38,972 bases of DNA. Source: Octopus bimaculoides. Taxonomy: Eukaryota. Location of the stretch: contig NC_068982.1 in NCBI RefSeq assembly GCF_001194135.2, forward strand, positions 32,704,613 through 32,743,584. Reading direction: 5' to 3'. The translations under genes were made by a program, and so were the position numbers. The stretch's first letter is position 1. Each line of letters opens with the position of its first letter. The notes under the pieces were generated by a model. That model saw nothing but the letters and a program-made list of their open reading frames with translations, did not search any database and was not told the DNA's origin. Below, piece after piece: positions 33,206 to 38,972 of the stretch.

Positions 33206-34458
33206 TATTGTTCAGCCATAAATCGTTTCTGATGGTGCAGGCAACATATCTTCAAAGACATTCAAGTCATCAAATTTATTCATTTATTCATTTATTTACT
33301 TATTTCAGGAATAACCAATAAATCATTTTTCTTGCATGATAGGATATGGTTTGAGTGAAAACCGGGTGCTGTTTCTAGCATGTTAAGGGATCATACAGAG
33401 GATAAATCATTAGTGTAAATAAATAAGGAAATTTAGTCCATAAGCAAGTTTCAAAGCACTTTTTTCCTAATGATGATCACATTTAATCACAATATGAATG
33501 TTAATTGTTTGAAGCCTGGACAGAAGTAAAAGAACGCTAGGAACTACACTCTACATAATATATATATGAGCGGGAGAAAAAAAAACATACACAATATACA
33601 TATATATGTATTCATATATGTATATATACACACACTCATCCACATACATACTTACTCACACACACGCACACAGAGATGAAAAATAAATAGATAGAAATAC
33701 ATAGATGTACATACATACATACATATATATAAATATATACACATATATAAACATATACTTATATGCATATACATACACACACGCACACAAACACACATAT
33801 ACACACACATATTTACACACATACGTATATACACATACATACATACATACATACATACATACATACATACATACATACATACAGACATTTATTCCGGTTT
33901 GTTTATTCCACACATAAAGGACACCACATTCAGTAAATCACTAGAAAAATCACGAATGATCATTATATCTGATTATAGCAATTAGCAAAAACTGAAACAC
34001 GAGCCTATAATATGATTTCTTTTGAATGATGGACAAAATGCAATCAATGCTATGGTGTACAAAATGCAATCAACGGTATGTAATTATGTGCTACAACTTC
34101 ATATTGAGAAGCAAGTGTCTTCACAACCGATACATTCTTATGTATTTTGGGGTGGCGAGGGAGAAGTTACTTTGAAAAAAGTATCTTAAAAACAGTCAAT
34201 GAAATTGCTTTTGTATACTAGGTATGTATTTCAGTAGTTGCATAAATTTACTGAATTTGCTAATTTCTTTTTTTTTCTTTGTTTCAGGTATGTTATGAGG
34301 AAATAAAACAATTACTTAAATTATAGATAAACACATACATTTATGTATTCACACTTATACAGGTAAACACATATACAAAAGTTTATGGACATGTGTGTGT
34401 GTGTGTGTCTGTGTGTGCATGTGTGTGATGGATAGTTGGGGAGATATACACAAACACA

Positions 34459-34506
<48 letters not shown>

Positions 34507-34745
34507 TGCATATATATATATATATATATTTGTATTGCCAAGTTGCCAAATTCCTGATGAGAAGTCGTGTATTGAAACAGATATTGTATTTAGGGACGGT
34601 TATTTTATTTTTTTTGCCAAATAAACACACGTGCTATATATTAGTTCTTCATTTGTTAATTACTGTTCCTATTCTAACTCATGTCCGTTGTCCGGAAATC
34701 TGTCGTCACGCCTCTGTGACCTCCTCAGCGACAGTTTCCGTCTTC

Positions 34746-34782
34746 GGAAGCAAACTTCTTACCACACAGGCATGCCTGCGCC
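34746..34782 (-). mobile_element. Family A SINE head fragment
   Basis: ggaagcaaacttcttaccacacaggcatgcctgcgcc is the reverse complement of the family A head. Confidence 0.6.
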
Positions 34783-34974
34783 AATTCTCTCACGGATATG
34801 TTCATAGCATTGGCTATTTGATTTATATTCAATCACCTGTCATTCATCAATCACCATGTGGTGAACACGAACAATGTATTCTTCGGTGGTGGCAGAAGTA
34901 GGACGTTCAGACCTTGGGTAATCTTCAAGACACTCCTTATTCCTGCTAAATTCAACTGCCCTTTTTGTACCGTT

Positions 34975-35321
34975 GATTATTGACTATCTTCGAAAGGCCA
35001 AGCCATCAATGGAAAGTACTATGCCAAATGGCTGAGATAGTTGTGAAAATCTATCAAGACAAAACGCCGAGGAAAACTGATAAAAGGGGTCTTATTTCAA
35101 TGCTGCAACACACAAGCCATTTGTTCCAATGGCTTCTGTGCATGATTGTTGCTTGGAACTGGTGGAGCATAAATCCTATTCTCCACATTTGATTCCATCT
35201 GCTCCACGTACTGGAAAAAGAAAACTCACTTGCCTCGGAACCAGTATTGCAGTGATGATGGTGTCATATGTACATATGTTGATGGCTTTTTTTGACTAAT
35301 AGGACGAAAACTTCTTCACCA

Positions 35322-35323
<2 letters not shown>
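34975..35323 (+). pseudogene. Mariner transposase C-terminal half remnant (irritans/Himar1-like), frameshifted
   Basis: IDYLRK/GQAINGKYYAKWLR*L*KSIKTKRRGKLIKGVLF..ASVHDCCLELVEHKSYSPHLIPS..RNQYCSDDGVI..VDGFFD**DENFFTS aligns by eye with Himar1-type IDYLEKGKTINSDYY..KRPHMKKKKVLFHQDNA..ELLPHPPYSPDLAPS..F...EEVI..YFEAK..YY. Truncated at a (GT)n tract. No TIR seen. Confidence 0.85.
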
Positions 35324-35362
<39 letters not shown>

Positions 35363-35500
35363 TGTGCGTGTGATAGTTTGTGTGTGTGTGATGGTGTGTG
35401 TGTGTGATGTGTGTGTGTGTGTGATGGTGCGTGTGTGTGTGTGTGTGAAGGTGTGTGCACGTGTGATGGTGTATGTGTGCGTGTGACGGTGTGTGTGAGT
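35324..35500. repeat. Degenerate (GT)n tract with gtgatg interruptions
   Basis: Direct reading. Confidence 0.9.
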
Positions 35501-36424
35501 TTATGTCTATGTTTGTTTATAATACCGGCTCTTAGACCGGTATTTACTGATTATGTTGTGTCCTTTTCTGTCCCGTAACTTAGCGGTTCATTTTCATAAA
35601 CCGATAAAATAATTGCCATAGTGAAATAATTACTAGTGACGATATGATCGGCGAAATCTTTTCAAAGTGATTCCCAGTATGGCCGCCATTCATATATGCA
35701 TGTATATGTAAATCTAAATTATTGCACTGAGTACGATTATGATATTTAACTGTGCGATAATTTTGATCGTGCAGGTGATGCAATCGTTGATAATATTATT
35801 AGGACAAATTAGCAGTTTGCTTTAGCAATAAAAATATATCAATAAAAGATCGAAACCTGAAGAATATTGATAAGCGTTATAAAAACTGACCTAAGCTATT
35901 GGCTTGTCTAGTAGATAACAGTATTAATAATGTTCTTAATATGGATATATAGGCTACTACATTCCATTTCTTCCTCCCTTACAAATATGGCATGAATAAA
36001 TAAAAATATTCAAAGCATTGCAAATTTTGGAGTCAGGAGATAATGAGCGCAAATGCATCTGCTATACAGAAAGTGTTTCGTATTTTCGTAATTCTACGCT
36101 CAATGAAACGAATGAACGAAATTAGAAAAAAGATGGCGCCTTTAAAGGCCAAATTTCGGTGTAATAGATACGTAAAATCCCAGTCAGGATAAGTATTGCA
36201 TTTAACAGTTATAATTTTCCGCCTCTCTGGTTATTCTTCAAATTCATTTAGCTTTACACAGTTGAGCAATTTGGAAAATCGTGTGGTGTTGCCTCTTCAA
36301 AATATCATCATTTTAAATCTCGAATTTCATTTCAGAAGTACAGAGACGAGAATATTTGCGAATATCATCGAGCATCAGGATTATTAAATCTAGCTTCTAT
36401 ATAATTGATGATGGTCTATTCACA

Positions 36425-36427
<3 letters not shown>

Positions 36428-36495
<68 letters not shown>
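36428..36495. repeat. (GT)n microsatellite
   Basis: Direct reading. Confidence 0.95.
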
Positions 36496-36497
<2 letters not shown>

Positions 36498-37761
36498 GTG
36501 CTATATTACAATATCTACTGCAATAGACGAACGGAAAGAGAGAAATTGGAGAAGACTCTGTAAATGTGGACATCGATTAGAATTACATAAGATATACTTG
36601 AAAGTGCTGGTAGACTATTCCATTCATTTTTAAGGTATTGATATATTTTAGAATTTTTTAATATTAGGTTTTGGCTCACAGAATGTACAAATTGAGTTTG
36701 AAATGAGATAAGGTATAATATTCACTTAACATCCAACTGCAAAATAGAAAATCATCACACAATTTTTTTATATTCGCTCGTCTGCTAAGGAACCTATTTC
36801 CCAATAACCTTTTTGGACCACTCTAAATTGGATTACATTTACTTTTGGAAGTGTTTATTACTAGTATTAAAAGGACTGAAATTTTCGGTAATAAGAAAAA
36901 TTCCGATTACGCGATCCCTGAGAAATGAAACATAGTAAATGGAGGGAGGAAAGCAACTCAGTGAACATTCTAATTTCATATCAGTGATGGAGTATGTTAA
37001 CATATATCTGATATGTCATCCAGTTTAATATCAAAAGCTGGTGCTGGGATATTTGTAGCGCATTCTGTTTTGCTACAAGCATTCAGGTTTTGTCACAGGC
37101 CTTAGGAAAACTTCTTCCCTTCTTCTCAATGTCTCACAGTCTTTGAAAAAAAGCCATAGGAGACGCCATTTTTTCTTCTAAGTCATTAAAAAATACCTCC
37201 TCTTTTCATTGCTTATATTTGTTGCTTTTTCAGTACCTCCAAATTCCCCGCCGCCCTCACTCAGGCCTAGCGCCAGACTTTGGTACCTGGAAGTGCTTCG
37301 GAATATTCTGGGTGGGTACTAATTTATAATAATGCCAAAGTGGGGTTTCGAAATAAGTGCATAATTTAATAGTGAGAGGACAGTTCCGTCCAGTACACCC
37401 CCTTAGTGACGGGTATGCCGTAACTTCTCCCATCTATCGAATTATTTAACTATTTTAATAACTACTGCCTATAACGATTAAATATTGATTAATTAATAGA
37501 AACAAATATTCACTGATACTACCTGTAATGAATTTCAAATGCAACATAGTAAGTTTTCTTTAATGTTCACATTTGTGACAATTCTTTTTCCGGGAAAACA
37601 AATGAGATCTACTGGAGACTGAGTAATAATGCGAAAAGCAAGAGCTGAGAATATTTAATAAGTATACACTACAATATGTTCACGTTGAGCACATTTCTCC
37701 CTTTCGTTATAATCAATATGCGTGTGTTTCTGTATGTTCCATTGTATTATACACACGCGCG

Positions 37762-37823
<62 letters not shown>

Positions 37824-38055
37824 NNNNNNNNNNNNNNNNNNNNNNNNNNNNNNNNNNNNNNNNNNNNNNNNNNNNNNNNNNNNNNNNNNNNNNNNNNNNN
37901 NNNNNNNNNNNNNNNNNNNNNNNNNNNNNNNNNNNNNNNNNNNNNNNNNNNNNNNNNNNNNNNNNNNNNNNNNNNNNNNNNNNNNNNNNNNNNNNNNNNN
38001 NNNNNNNNNNNNNNNNNNNNNNNNNNNNNNNNNNNNNNNNNNNNNNNNNNNNNNN

Positions 38056-38114
<59 letters not shown>

Positions 38115-38225
38115 TATATATATATATACATATATATATATATCAGATGTGTGCGTCTGTGTGTGTGTATTTATGTACGCATGCATATATATTACATGCA
38201 CACACATTATACATATCTTTTACTC

Positions 38226-38350
38226 GATATAACTTCCAGTCACTTTGGTCGGCCCAAGACTCTAGTAGAAGACACCTGCCCAAGGTACCATGCAATGGGA
38301 TTGCACCTGGAACCATGTGGTTGGGAAGCAAACATCTTACCACTCAGTCA
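38226..38350 (-). mobile_element. Family A SINE
   Basis: ctttggtcggcccaagactctagtagaagacacctgcccaaggtaccatgcaatggga..ggaaccatgtggttgggaagcaaacatcttaccac. Confidence 0.85.
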
Positions 38351-38972
38351 AAAAATGAAGATAACGTTTCAACCTCTACCAAGTAACAATGCAGATCCTG
38401 TTTATTCGATGGATTTTAGAGTTTCAAAAATGGGGAATTGATATATACAATCCTATGCAATGTTGTTTTGTTTTATCCTCACTGCAGATCTCATAGGATA
38501 GAATTCTATCCAAATGCTGCTAGGCACAACTCTTACGTTTCTTTTTATATCTCGGATTTAATTCTCTAATTTTCATTAAGATGTTATGATTTGAGGTTTG
38601 TAGCAAATTTTTCTGCTATTTTTAAGAGCTGTTGCAACCGTCTATAAAGATACTCGCTTAATTTTATATATGTAGCTGTATGTTAATTTACGTATGTTTG
38701 TCGTGAAAGTTTGGCCAGAGCAACAGAGAAAAATAATACTATAAAAACTATCCAGTAATATGAGATTGTGATTGGTCTATTATGAAATAAATATTCTGCT
38801 CATGCAGCGACTGTATTTAGGCAAAAACTATACTCGGTATAACGTAACTCAACGCCTAAGAAAATGATAAATATTTGTTCAAATATACAAACTGAGACAA
38901 TGAATACTTGACCTTTCGTCGACATTTAAAAAGTTTTGAATTACTGTTCTTCCTTTACATTGCATGTGCATA

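Larger units (their letters stand above)
933..38055. other. Eleven assembly gaps (N runs): 933-1233, 1628-2565, 7874-8079, 14943-15732, 17258-17621, 20066-20605, 21127-21136, 22575-23243, 29223-29472, 30623-31443, 37824-38055
   Basis: Runs of n. Most abut (TA)n, (CA)n or (GA)n tracts, as expected for short-read assembly breaks. The span given covers first to last gap, not a continuous feature. Confidence 0.98.

Noticed and set aside
34545-34596. Hammerhead-like CTGATGA..GAAAC..GTA
   Set aside because: The core and a possible stem III are present, but stem II has only 2 weak pairs and stem I does not pair in register.
54-38441. Long ORFs in the supplied track (poly-X, YIYI, CVCV, HTHT, poly-Y/I/S, ERER)
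   Set aside because: They are translations of N gaps and microsatellites, not coding sequence.

Overview
This is AT-rich eukaryotic intronic or intergenic DNA with about 5.1 kb of N gaps in 11 runs, and many microsatellites. The SINE content looks cephalopod, probably Octopus (inference from repeat recognition, no database search). I found no complete protein-coding gene, rRNA, true tRNA or CRISPR array, and most long ORFs in the track are microsatellite or gap artefacts. The window holds: (1) about 20 copies of three or four tRNA-derived SINE families; (2) a Penelope-like element (PLE) 3' fragment with a GIY-YIG endonuclease remnant, followed by a tRNA-like Pol III A/B-box cassette and a decayed hammerhead ribozyme; (3) several more hammerhead-like motifs from different PLE-type repeats, three of them in divergent fold-back (inverted) structures, including two apparently intact minimal hammerheads back-to-back at 20918-21126; (4) a TIR-bounded mariner mini-element nested in a SINE, an irritans-like mariner transposase remnant, and a TTAA-flanked hairpin MITE; (5) RTE-like LINE remnants; (6) a few weak candidate exons and AG|GT recursive-splice-like sites. 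The most interesting signal is the PLE/hammerhead system.
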